From contig NC_087437.1 in assembly GCF_036321535.1 (NCBI RefSeq), positions 79,610,001 to 79,674,000 of the forward strand: 64,000 nucleotides of DNA, read 5' to 3'. Shown here one piece after another: positions 38,238-50,563 of this stretch. Each line of letters starts with the position of its first letter. Positions within the stretch are counted from its first letter, which is position 1. Under the pieces are notes generated by a model, which was not told the origin of the DNA, ran no database searches, and was given only the letters and a program-made list of their open reading frames with translations. Source of the DNA: Camelus dromedarius. Lineage: Eukaryota. Made by a program: the position numbers and the translations under genes.

Positions 38238-38507
38238 TCAGGAAATATATTTCAAAAAAAAACCATGGTTCTTAGTTTCATCTTGTCATCTTCTACATCT
38301 TCAATGAATACGAAGCAGAGCTAAGAAGCCACAGCTAAAAGTAATGCAAAGAAATGGTACTAACAGGTCATCTATATACTTTTCTCATTAATTTCATGGT
38401 TCCCAGTTGGTGGAATAAATAAATGCAGACACATCTCTAGGTAGTCCCTGGAGTCTACGGTCTGCTTTAGTCATCTGTGTCACCCTGGTTTAGAGTATCT
38501 GAGATTT

Positions 38508-38668
38508 GTGATGCAAAGGGTTCAGGCTTTGAGGAAATACAGACTGCTTTCTAATCCCTAGTTGTTCAATTTTTATATTGTCTTATCTGAGGAAAATTAC
38601 TTAACCTTTATTCACTTCAGTTAACCAACCCACAAAACTAGGATAACGTAAAGGCCTGAGCACACTGT
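38508..38668 (+). mobile_element. MIR
   Basis: 'caggctttg...cagactg...ctaatccc...aattacttaacct...ttcagtt' MIR core. Confidence 0.55.
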
Positions 38669-38829
38669 TCAAAACTAATGCTGCTGTTGTGCCCCTTTGA
38701 TAGCACTCTTTCATACCTCATAATAGTCGTAAAAAAGTCATAGTATAAAAAGTCCTTTTATTTTCTTACATTTTTCTTTAAAACAGTTTATATTCATGTA
38801 GTCATTTTGATTACCTTATACATTTTGTT

Positions 38830-39200
38830 TATTGTTCAATTATTTCAAAACATTCATTGGTCTCCCACTACGTGCCAGACAGCAATGCCGAGAAGACACA
38901 ACGAAGAAGGTGCAATCCCTGCTCTCAGTACGTTAAGGGGAAGGACAAGGAAGAATACAGTCAGAGACTGCGTGTGCTAAAATACATATGTGATCAGAGT
39001 TCTCATGAAAGACCAGTGCAAGAAGCTAATGGTACTGGAGTATCTTGCCATTTTTAAAAGTAAGGTTTGAGCTAGGCTAGGCATTGGAGAATGAATATCG
39101 TTCCTCAAATTAAAAAAAAAAAAACCACACGAGAAGGAGATTTTAGGCACGATGAGATGAACAATCTATGAAAAGACACAGAGATGTGAAATTTCAGCAT
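38830..39200 (-). mobile_element. L2 fragment
   Basis: 'caaaacattcattggtctcccactacgtgccagac...ccctgctctca' antisense L2 tail. Confidence 0.55.
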
Positions 39201-39394
39201 ATCAATCCGAGCAGTCATACTCTACCATCAATTGTAAATCTATTGCTAGTTACCAGTGTTCTTGGTTCCTTCATACACTTTGTGTGTGTGATTTGTAAAG
39301 CAATCATTTTACGTAAGTCTCAATGTTGATTTTATGTCTACAGAGAATAGTGATCTAAGAGAATACCCTTGCTAATTTTATTGCATCTCATTTC

Positions 39395-40300
39395 TATTTT
39401 TAATTTTAATTTCATAATATATTTTTGTATAGATAGTACAGTCACTGATTCCAAAATGAAAAGGTACAAAGAGGAGATACGTCAAAAAGTTTCCTTCTCA
39501 CAGCCACCCATTTGTCTCCCCACATCACTGCTATTAGTCTTTTGTTTATGTTCAGTTACATTCTTTTTACTCGACGATAAATCCTTGAGCTCTTTCCATA
39601 ACATCACAAAAAGTTATGTTTCTAATTACTGTGCTATCATTTAAATAGTCCACCAATAATACACATGTAGGATGTTTCTATTCTGTTATTATTTAAATAA
39701 TGCTGAAATGAGTATGTTTTTATATGTGTCATTACATTGTGCAAAATGTCTCTAGCGCAAAGATAAAATAATTAAACTGTAAGGATCAAAGAATATTTGT
39801 TTCTAACTATGTTCAATATTGCCAAACTATCTTTCATAGTGGTTATATTCCTCACGGTGCCCATATTGAAACCAGAAATATACAAGTGTCTCTGTTTTCC
39901 CATAGACTAGGTGACAGTGTTATTTCCCATGTATGTCTGGGGTCATTTTCTAATCAGACCTGTCTGTCTGTCTGTCTATCTATCTATGTAGATACATGAG
40001 GCTTTGCTCTTTCTTAAGAACTCTGATTATATGTATATGTATTTCTGATTATATATACATATTTCTATATATATAACCAGATTAATCAGATAGAATCATG
40101 CATCAGATTATACGTATACACATATAGTGTGTGTTTGAGTACAGTTTTGTTTTGCGTTATTTGTTTTATATGTAGAAATGAGCAGAGTTGTATTACTTTG
40201 AGTCATTTTTATTTTTCTATGAGCTACTCGTCCCTAAATGTTCTCTTTTTATTTGCCTCCTAGGTTTGGTCTTGTTTTAATGTAATTTTAGGTGTTCTAT
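39395..40300 (-). mobile_element. Old L1ME-like fragments with low-complexity AT repeats
   Basis: 'atattgccaaactatctttcatagtggttata', 'aaataatgctgaaatgag'. Confidence 0.45.
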
Positions 40301-42035
40301 ATATCTCAAAATTATATCTACATATAAATTAATCCACATGGCAAAATTCACTATAAGCAAAGTCAAAAGATACATTTAAAAAAATGAAAAAAGTATTTTA
40401 ACTAATACTCCAAAGGTCTGTTTTCCTTCTGTCTTTAATTACTAGAATATTTTACAATCAATAGAGATGTTCCTTCGTACCAATACTCATTAATTCCCAC
40501 ACGTGAAATTCTAATAGTAAATAAATGGAAAAGGCAATGAAAATGGTGGATATAAACTTGAAATCAGTGCTATTAATTCTTTATTACCTAAAAAATAAAT
40601 TAATGAGTGCCAGCTTTAATGTAATGAATTTTATATGTATGTGTAGATTTCAATTTATTTTGAGATATTTTAGTAAGCGCAAGTGAATCAGAAAAAATAA
40701 TTTTAATAATTAATACCTGAAATAAAAACTCATTTGCCAAGCTTTTTAGAGGGTTGTGGTCAATAAAGAGGTTGATGTGCTGATCATTTTATGTATAATA
40801 TTCTGTGAAAGAATCCTTAGACTTGAAAGGAAGACATACCATTCCAGGCAAAAGAGCTTCTGACAGTTTCCAAAGTCTTTGCCTCTACCTGACACTGTGA
40901 TCACAGGGGGAAAACGCATGGTAGCACAGAATGCAAGATGATCTCACAGCGTTAATGTAGTTACTTCAGATCCCATCTTTACAACATAAAGCAACATGAC
41001 TGTGTGGTATTCCTTCCACGTCAAGTTCCATTGAAAGCAATGGTGCAGCCATTGCATTCATTTCCATGTATCTTGACATACTTAATTTCAAATGTAAACA
41101 TATCATATAACCAATTTTACTGCATAATAAACATATTTGAATACTGCACTGAAAACTAAAACCTGTTTAACCTTTTTAAAATACCCTAGATTGATAATGT
41201 ACAGAAACCAGCCAGTTTTAAGGTGACTTGACATAAAACAGTCATGGTGTGTTACCATTTAAAAATAACAAAATATGAAGCAGAGGGAGCACAATAAGTA
41301 AATCATAAGGTTTTTACACAGCACTAATGATTCAGCCTGAGCGTGCTGTGAGAGTTCAGTCATTAAACCACTCCTTACTAGATGCCAAGACGAAGTGGAC
41401 TCTACCCTGCTGGATCTCCAATTTTTGGCCAAAACAGCGTCCAAAAACAGTGAGAAATTAAAAGCTTTGCTGATTGGATTACTAAGACTTGTAACGGCCA
41501 AAACGAATGTCAAAATCCAGCTATTTCAGAAATCCATACTCTTCTTGGATACAAAACTAAGAAAAGTAAAAATCCTTTAGAATAATAGGTCATTGAAAAG
41601 TCAGTTCTTTCAAATACACACATAGAATTCAAGAATTACTATCATTTCCATGCTTGCTTTGAGTCTTTTCCAAAAACTAGGTCAGCAACAATACTATTTC
41701 TATTATTTCATTGTTTTGTTCAAAGGTGCTCAGAATTTTTCACTCATATGCTTCATTTGTAACACAAAAGTGAGACAAAGCAGATAAAAAAAAGACTATA
41801 CTGTACTACATTTATAGCTCTAATAACTTAATAATAGTTAAAAATCACTAATTTTGTGAATCTTACATGAGTGTATATTTTACCATGTTTTGGTATTAAC
41901 TTCTGAAAACTCAAATTGACATCACTGTTCTGATTTCTCTCCGAGGCGCAGGAATCATGAGTCAGAAAAAACAACCTAAGCAGGTTTACCTACAAAGTTT
42001 GGGAACCATTATTACATGTGGCCAAGATAATGGCA

Positions 42036-42054
42036 GAGTGCCCTCTGGCGTGTG
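42036..42054 (-). promoter_or_regulatory. Candidate CTCF binding site
   Basis: Minus strand CACACGCCAGAGGGCACTC matches the CTCF core CCAGRGGGCRC; CpG retained. Confidence 0.45.
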
Positions 42055-42184
42055 TTCTGAGCAGCCCTCCTGAGTTTGGACTTATACTCACTTTTACAGA
42101 GAACTAATTCTGTGTGTTTTACCCTGGGAAGCCTCACCCTCCATCAGTCTCCACCAAATCCATTTCTGGACCAGAGTAAGATGC

Positions 42185-42436
42185 TAATAGTAAGAAACAA
42201 CATTTAGTGTGTGATGATTACTTTCTAAATACTCTGTGTTCTTTAGCTGTAATCTTACAATTATTTTTACATTAACCCTACACAGTAAAGACTGTTTTTA
42301 CACACACACACTTTTACAGATAAGGGAATTGAGATGTAGAAAGGATAAATTATCTTGCCCTGATTACTCAACTTTGAAGATGCAGGGCAGAAACTGAAAC
42401 CGAAAGTCTGCGTGATGTCAGAGTCCTGGCTTTTAA
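42185..42436 (-). mobile_element. MIR
   Basis: 'ttttacagataagggaattgag...aaattatcttgccc...tctgcgtgatgtcagagtcctggctttta'. Confidence 0.7.
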
Positions 42437-44634
42437 TTTTTCCCTTTTATCTAACAGATTCTAAACATTTGTGTCAATGATTAAACATGTATTTAAAGGT
42501 AAAATAATCATTTTTGGTTCTCTGGACTCTACAATTAATTTGGAGCTTTTCAAAAACACAAATTAGTAAACTGGGTCCATTAAAATCCATTTGATATACT
42601 ACATATGAAGCCTTTAAAAACATGTAATTTTTAACTTTGTAGGCTTCCTAAAATGTAATGTCTATTAAAAACAAATAAAACATAACCTCTAGAGATAACT
42701 TGAAAATCAAATGACTTAAGATTTATCACAGGCACAGGTGTCTCCTACAAAGATAGTTATTTACCCCCAGAAGTCAAACTAGCATATAAATCAAAAATAT
42801 ACTTAAAACTCAAGTTTTTTTTTTTTTTTGCGTCTCAGTTTGCACCAGACTGTGTTTACTGCCAAAAATTAAACTTGAGATATTACAATGGTAATAAAAA
42901 TGTCATGTAGGATTTGCTTGTGTACTTTTAAATGTTATTAAAAGTGAGTTGTAAACTGGACTGCATAAAGAAAAATGCACTATGGCTATTGATCTTCCGT
43001 AAATGAGAAGGTTTTGCTGTTGCTGTGGTGGGGAGGCTTACCACAGGAATGCAGGCAGCTCATTAATGTGCCAACCTAAAGATTAAGTGGCCTATTTTTA
43101 GACAATTAGAAGAGTTGAACTACTAAATGTTTTCTCATCTTAGATTTCTATAGAATGATATTGTAAAGGGCCATTACAAATGATTACTAAGTAAAGCTCT
43201 GACCTTGAATTGTGGGTCAAATGTTTACAAAGAAAGAGAGGAATAAAGTTGAATATGTATCTGAGGAATATGGTGAAATATTACAGAGACCTCAAGGCCT
43301 CAATCTATGCTTTCCTCAAGTGACATACTATTAAAGAAAAAAAAATCTTCAATCAGCTCGATTTTCTATTTCCTCATACCTCTGTGAACATAACCCAAGA
43401 TCTGTTGGTCAGTCTCATATAGGCTACAAAAGTGTGATAGTGGGTGCACAACAAAGCTCCCAAAGTTAATTTTACTCTGACAGAGGTGGCAAAAATGATT
43501 TTTATGTGATGATTTACTCCTAGATTTATTTTATCATTTCAGGTATGTAAGTCATCATGATCTTTCTCTCTATAAAATTATCATTCTAAGAATATGCAGC
43601 AGAAAAATATTTTTACACAAATAATCCATCTAGTTTTAATGAAGAGGTAAAACGTGTGTTCCCAGCAAATCAAGTAAATCCCAAACAATTTTCAGCTGAG
43701 TAACACCATGATATTAGAGAGAGAGCCTGAATGTTGTCAGTAGTCTCAGATCTAATCTTTTATGGTAGAGAGGAACACAATTTTTGCACCAGAATACTAT
43801 TCACTTTTAAGACACCATTATGTTTAATAAATCTTACACTGCAAATATCAGGAAATTCAGTATCTGCAATATTCTTTTAGTATTTCCTAGTCACTAAATG
43901 ACTTCATTAATCTAGTTAAAATTCCAAAAGCTTTATAACAAGTACATACTGCAGTGCCTTTGAACAGATTTTGCTATTGCTATGTCAATTCTGAAGCCAG
44001 TTCCCTTTGCTGTTTCATTATAAAATATGCACTCATGGTAACTCTTAATATTTATACTTTTATTTGAATTGTGTGTTCCTATTGTAATCATTTGAATTTT
44101 ATTACAAACATTATCATTGCAAATATGTTTAGGGATTTTTATATTCACAGTTATTACTATACATTCTCCCTAGTAATCATCAGAGGAGAGACTCACAGCT
44201 CCTGTTCTCAGGGCCCTCTGAATCATGTTAGGGTTCTGAAAAAATTCTCCCTCTGGCTCCACATTTAGAATCAAGAGGCTCCACGTTTAGAGTCAAGAGA
44301 GGGTCTCTTTTCCCTTTCCTGATGCACTTAAGTTCCCATCCTCCACTCATCTTGTCCCAGAATAGATTCCTCTCATCTCCCCTCGAAGAACAGTACCCAT
44401 CTGAAACGCAGCAGGATGGCTCATGTAGACCTTTACAGCATTACTGAGCAAGACCTCAGTCCTTCCTTGCACATATGCCTCCAGGACACATGCACTGATT
44501 TGATCAACATCATATACACTGTCATCATTTTCCAACTCTCAGAGTCTGTCTCCTCTCAAAATCCTATGCCATACAAATCTGATCTAGGAATGCCCACTCT
44601 CCAGGCCTTACTCTGTTTGTCCCCACATGCATGA

Positions 44635-44770
44635 TTCAGGAGAAGTCATCTCACCTCTTCAAGCCACGTTTTCCCTCTACACAATAATGGTACTATTATG
44701 GATCAAGTTACAAAGCTACATGGGCATTAAATGGTCAGCTGGCCATAGGTTACTTATCAATGCTCAATAT
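44635..44770 (+). mobile_element. MIR fragment
   Basis: 'aagtcatctcacctct..aagccacgttttccc'. Confidence 0.45.
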
Positions 44771-45224
44771 ATTTGATATCATGACTCAACTCAGTCTTTT
44801 GGACTTGTGGACTAGTGATTACAGTTAAAGGAGATATAAACACTATGTGACATGAAAATAACATCCCTACTTCATTAAATGTTAAAGTAACCTTTAGTCT
44901 TTTACTAAGCAGATACACTGAAGAATGTTTTGATGAAAGACAATCAAATGAAAATTAACCAAGCATTTGCCAGTAATAAATGTTGGCCTAATAATAGGAA
45001 AGAATGCTTTTCTATCACTGTGTTAATAAATCCTCTGGTGTGCAATTGGAGAAAAAAAATCTCTCCAGCTTATGGCCTTACTTGGTAGCTGATGTATTTC
45101 AATTAGAATAATTCAAGTCATGCTAGAGAAGTGGCTGTTAAATTCTGTGTACAGATTTGTTACAACAAAAACACTTTGAATTGGAATGTTAACTTATAAA
45201 ATATATTTCTTATTACTTTTTCAG

Positions 45225-45245
45225 GCCTTAGGAAATAGCATCAAG
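45225..45245 (+). other. Candidate 21-nt microexon (ALGNSIK in phase 0)
   Basis: ttaac branch-like motif, 'tttcttattactttttcag|GCCTTAGGAAATAGCATCAAG|gtgagt'; only phase 0 is open. Confidence 0.35.
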
Positions 45246-45500
45246 GTGAGTGGGTATCAATTTATTGTGTAACAAACACCTCCCATGCCTTGGAAGGATT
45301 TTGATAGCCAAATTCAGAAATTCCTATCCTATAGAACATTACATAACAGTTCTTACTGCCTTATCTTTAAAGAATTAGTCATATATTCCACAGCCTATAA
45401 ATTTTCAGATACAAGAGACAAATAGAAATTTTGATAATCCCCATGGATGTAAATCTAGCTCAAAAATTTCAAGACAGTTTTCAGAAAATTATGACTTTTA

Positions 45501-45710
45501 CTTATATAATTGAAATTGTTAAAAGAGTAGAACTTAAAAGTTCTCATTAGGAAAAAAAAAGATAAATAAACATGTGAGGTAATAGATGTTTTAATTAACC
45601 CGAAGTGGAAATCCCTTCACAATGTTTATGTATATCAAATCATCAGTTGTATACCTCAAATATCCTACAAATTTATTTATTAATTATACCTCAATATAGC
45701 TGAAAATAAT
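45501..45710 (+). mobile_element. L1MA-like 3' end with TSD
   Basis: 'gagtagaacttaaaagttctca...tatatcaaatcatc...aattatacctcaata.agctg'; TSD aaaattatgacttt (45485) / aaaactatgactct (45711). Confidence 0.85.
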
Positions 45711-45912
45711 AAAACTATGACTCTATGATGCAATATTATTAATATCACTAAGGTTCTTTCAAATAGCCTTAATTCATACTTAACAGAAGAAAAAATGCAA
45801 TTCTTAATTCTGTTTTCGAAAATGAAGAATATCTATTTTCAAACTATACTCATTTGCAAAAGCATACCATTGGCTATCTTTACAGTTCTACATGAATTAG
45901 GTCTTTCTTTAA

Positions 45913-46218
45913 ATTTTTTTTTTAATTTTGCTGGGGAATAATTGACACATATAATTGTATATATTCAAAATGTACAACATGATGATTTGATATACACATG
46001 TTGTAGAATGGTTACCAAGATCAAGATAACTAACACATCCATCACTTCAAGTGGTTAACATAGGTGACTTCCGTGTGTGTGTGAGATGGGGGAAGAATGC
46101 TTAAGATCTACTCTCAGGGGTGATGTAGGTCAAAGGGCATAACTTTTCAGTTATAAGAAGAATAAGTTCTAACAGACCTAACATTCAGCATAGTGACTAC
46201 TGTCATTAGTAAAGTACT
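45913..46218 (-). mobile_element. Short L1MA-like 3' end with 5' inversion
   Basis: Antisense tail 45913-46116 joined to the adjacent upstream 3'UTR in sense at 46117-46218; flanking direct repeats tgaattaggtctttctttaa / tgaactaggcttcttttaa. Confidence 0.75.
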
Positions 46219-48119
46219 TGAACTAGGCTTCTTTTAAGCATTAAATTATTTAAGAAATTCTGAGATTCTCATTTAAATTCTGCATAAGTCAGATATTCAT
46301 ATATTCTTGGACAGGCAGTTGTCGTGACTGGCTTTCCTGTTACACATAGCTCATGACACAATGTCAAATTTTTATTCTTGGTGATAATCAGCCCCATAAC
46401 ATAAAAATGATATAAATAAGAATTATAGTCACAAATTCAGATATATAAATGTCATTCATGACATATACTCTAACACTCTTTGATTGGGTTGAACTACCCA
46501 TCCCTGATTAAAAAGTGAAAAGTACAATCACTGTACTGTTTTATCTACAAGCAGCACGATCAAAAATTGCTTTCACCTACTTTATCATGGAATTGGTCTG
46601 TTTTACAGAAATAACAGTATTTGTATGTTATTATACAAATTTGATCTAAGAATTAAATCTCAAAACAGAATTATGTCCAATAGAGACGTCTTCCTAAGCA
46701 ATTACCTCCAAAAATAGTGTCAATTTAAATGCATAATAACAGCAACTGTGAAATAGATATTAAAACTCTTTCACAAGGAGTAAGACCCTGAATTGGCAAA
46801 AACTTATTCTAACTTCTGGTGAAAATTAAATCGAGAAAATCTGACTGAAGTCCAACCTGAGTTACTCTGGAGTAATGCTATTCAGACTACACTGTGTTCC
46901 CTTCCTGATATAAGGTTAAATCAGATAGAAATACTATGCACAATCTTTTTTTGTTACATTGTTATAGGAGTGATTTCTGGTTGTCCTAGGCAGCGTTGTC
47001 TACTGCTTGTGGTTCCGATTTATCTTGGCTTGTGTTTCAAATTTGTGGCATGGGGTCTAATAGAAATCTATGTATGCATCTATGCTAAATAATCCACCCT
47101 GATTATAAGAAGAAATCTCAGTGCCTAGGTTTGAACTGAAGCTACAAAGAAACTCTTAGTTGTTTAATGGGGGAGTGATTCCAAGTTCAGAGGTATGAAA
47201 TTTATTCAAATTCACTTCCATCCCTACTCCCCAGCCCCACATGCAAGCCCAAGGGAGAAATAAAGTTGTTAGTAAAAATGAAAGTTATTTCCTGTGAGAT
47301 ATAGACACTGCTGCTGCATTATCATCATTCCAGCATGTACACCAAGAGGCAGGAGCCTTTTTTGTTACAGTGAGAAAGACCAGAATGTGATTTGGCCTTT
47401 TTGAGAGACAGAGACAGCCAAGAGAGAGCTCAGCTATGAACAGCACAAGAATTCCACTCAATCATCTGATAAAACCAGCACCAATTATCAACAGCTCTTA
47501 GCATGTCTAAAGGACCACTGGTGACCACAAATCAGAGAAGAGCCACCTGCATCAGAGAAGTACTCGCCGAAAGAGTGCAAAGGCCTGGGGGAAACTGGCT
47601 ATAATAAGGAAGCACATGTGAATCTGTTCTGAGAACTTCCAGAAATACTTATTATGTGTGATAAGCAGAGGAAATGCAGTTATTCATACACTATATTAAC
47701 TTGCCCCCATTTGTATCTATAGCACAGTAAGATCTGGTAATATTTGGCCTCATCTATTTAGGTACATGCTCTATTCCAAATATTAACCTGCTCCCTGATT
47801 CCTCACTTCAACTCTAAGAGACACATATTAGATCAATTCCCTGAGAAACTCCCAAAGCCACCACCCAGGGAGTGTAGGACTAACATGAGAACCAAAGATT
47901 TTGTCCCTTTGAAATCTGTATTATTCCTTCTATATTGTAGCTTACAGGAAGTCTAAATTAACAGCAGCAACTGTCCTTTTGAAAACACCTTTGTAAATTG
48001 TATCAGAATGATCTTTTATCTAGTGACATTGATGTTGCACAAAAATTAATAAAATATAAACAAGCCCATTCTCACCCTTTCTGTTTAATCGTGTTTATCA
48101 GTGTGATAACATAAGAAAA

Positions 48120-49660
48120 ATATATTGAAGACAAAATAAGAAAGAAGAAAACAAACTGGTCACAATTTTCATATGATAGAATCTACATAGAGAAGCAAAA
48201 GGTTTCAAAAACTACTGATAAAGTGAGTTTAATCAAATGTTAAAGATCAATATACAAAATTCAACTGAATTTCCATACACTAGCCAAGGCTATAAAAATG
48301 TCAAAAATATTTAAAATAGAAAATATTAAAAATCATAACAAAGTATAATCAAGGACATGCAACACCTGCCCCCAGAAAATCATGAAATATTACTAAAAGT
48401 CAATAAAAATGGCTAAAAGTAATAAGAGACATAGCTCATGTGGGTGGGAAGACTTCATGATGTGAAGATAATTCTCCCCAATGGATGATGGCATTTCTCC
48501 CCAAATGTATGTATAAATTTACTGAAACTTCAATCAGAATCTTAAACAGGACTTTAATAATATTTGAGCAATTTTCTCTAAAATGTATATGGAAGAGCAA
48601 AGCACCATTCTGAAGAAAACTATAGATTTACTTGCTTTACCATATGTGAATATGATTATAAAACCATATTAAATAAGATTGTTGGTACTGGTGTAGGGTA
48701 GACTAAATGCTGAATGGAACAGACTAGGTAATAGAATCATATATATACAGAGTTTTGGTATCTGACCAAGATACAACGGCAAATTAGAGATAAAAGTGCC
48801 ATTAAATTTTTTTCCTGTAGGGGAAAAAAATTGGATACTTATCTCCCACTTTATAATGAAAAAGAAAGAAAAAATTAAAGATGAGAGAAAGACAACTCCA
48901 GATAGATTAAGAATTTAAGTGTGTAAAGTTAACATTTGAAAATTTAAAAATATAACTAATATAACTAATATTTCTAATCTGAGATTGAACAAAGATTTCT
49001 AAAACAAGAAACCCAAATCTCTAAAATAAAAAGTAATACTTGATAAGTTACTTTATATGAAGATTAAGAAGTTCTCTTGATCAATGGATATCTTAAAGTT
49101 CAAAACTCAAAAACTAAACTGCATGCTTGAAGTAAATACTTGCAACACATATTACTGACAAAATATTTTCAAGCATATAAAGGTGCTATAAACGAATTTT
49201 TAAAAAGCAAACAATTTGATAAGGCATTTTATAAAAAAGAAAATATATGAATGGTAAATGTATGAAATGATGTTCAAAATAAGTAATTAGGAAATGTGGA
49301 TTGATACTAAAATGATTTATCATCTTATACCATTTCAATCTAGAAAAATTAAGCAGTTAGATACTTTCAAGTGTTGCACAATATAGATCAATACAGCAAT
49401 AGAATCTTACACATTGCTAGGGCAATTTCAAAACACTCTTAGGAAAACTATATGATATTATCTAAGTCTAACCTCTTGTGGTAGATTGTTTAATGGCCTC
49501 AAATTCCTCTCTTCCTTATGTGTACACCCCTTTGCAATTCCCTTTGCAGCTTCTCCTATCAAAAGCTAGAATTTATTTATATATCATGAAGACAAGAGCA
49601 TGGTTGAATTTTACAAACATAATATTCAGTGAAAAATGCAAATTCAAAAAAATTATTAAT
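48120..49660 (+). mobile_element. Ancient L1M ORF2 3' region
   Basis: 'aagatcaatatacaaaattcaactg', 'aaatgtatatggaagagcaaa', 'ggtactggtg', 'tttgcaacacatat' in L1 order. Confidence 0.7.
49477..49570 (+). mobile_element. MLT1 LTR 5' fragment
   Basis: 'tgtggtagattg...aatggcc..aaattcctc...cccctttgcaat...ctttgcagcttctcc.atcaa'. Confidence 0.55.
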
Positions 49661-49689
49661 TTGAAAATTTTTTTTACTGATGTACATAG

Positions 49690-50037
49690 TCTGAGGAATT
49701 AACATCCATGATGTTTAATAAGGAAGAGCCCTGAGATCAAACTCTTTGTAAGCAAGAGAGAAAAAACAGAATTGTGCAGAGGGATAAGTTCATCTGTGAT
49801 GCAGGCCCTTTGAAAGTCTCAGTGGTGGGTTTAGAATGGCCCTCAGGGAAGTCCTGAGAAGCCAAGAGGGACTTTGTATTCTGGCATCCAACATCTTTGG
49901 GAGATCACTGGCCAGCCCTGAGGCATTTCCTGACACTCTGACAGAGTGAGGTTATCTACTGGCAACATTCTCAGCAGCTTGAACAAATTATTGTTCAATG
50001 AAGTGGGGGTTGCATGGCACATCACAGTGCCATTATT
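49690..50037 (-). mobile_element. ERVL LTR (LTR16-like) fragment
   Basis: 'gagggataagttcatctgtgatgcagg', 'gaatggccctcag', 'ggcacatcacagtg'. Confidence 0.5.
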
Positions 50038-50304
50038 GGGTGACTCAGTTTTATCCTTTTTTAAACCTTCTGTTACCATCAAAGTGAAAGCTCATCATGT
50101 CCAGTGTTCAAAGGAAATCTCCAAAATAAAAGATATCCTTACCATCCAGTGTTCTGTTTTTCTTAAAAGTTCATGTTGTCAGATTATTTTCTTTTGTACC
50201 AGCTCAGCAATCCAGTTTAAATGAATTTGTAAAGATATTTTATCCATCATTTAAATTCTTGAATTGGAAGGTACATTAAGTTGCACCATATTTCCAATGC
50301 CAGG

Positions 50305-50563
50305 AGAGCAATAGCAACTCCCTCCTTATGGAGGTAGAACATAAATCCCCAAAAGGAAAGTGTAGGATGTTCATAGTGACTTCCTTCTAAAGAGTACTGT
50401 GGAAGGAAGAAAAAAAACTATTGTGGAAAAATCTGACAACCATTACCTCAGCTAAGTGATCAAGGATAGTATCATTGATAAGACATATTCATAACATATG
50501 CCCTTGATATTATGGGATGTTTTCTTCTAAAACCAATTAACTCAGTCTACTGAGAAAAATATC
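50305..50563 (+). mobile_element. L1MC/L1MD-like 3'UTR fragment
   Basis: 'catagtgacttccttctaaagagtac', 'acctcagctaagtgatcaagg'. Confidence 0.65.

Noticed and set aside
44255..44298. 22-bp tandem duplication (similar small duplications near 11938-11990 and 37260-37305)
   Set aside because: Ordinary slippage duplications of 2-3 copies with no spacers
46980..46994. RFX X-box-like GTTGTCCTAGGCAGC
   Set aside because: Mismatches in both half-sites; not distinguishable from chance
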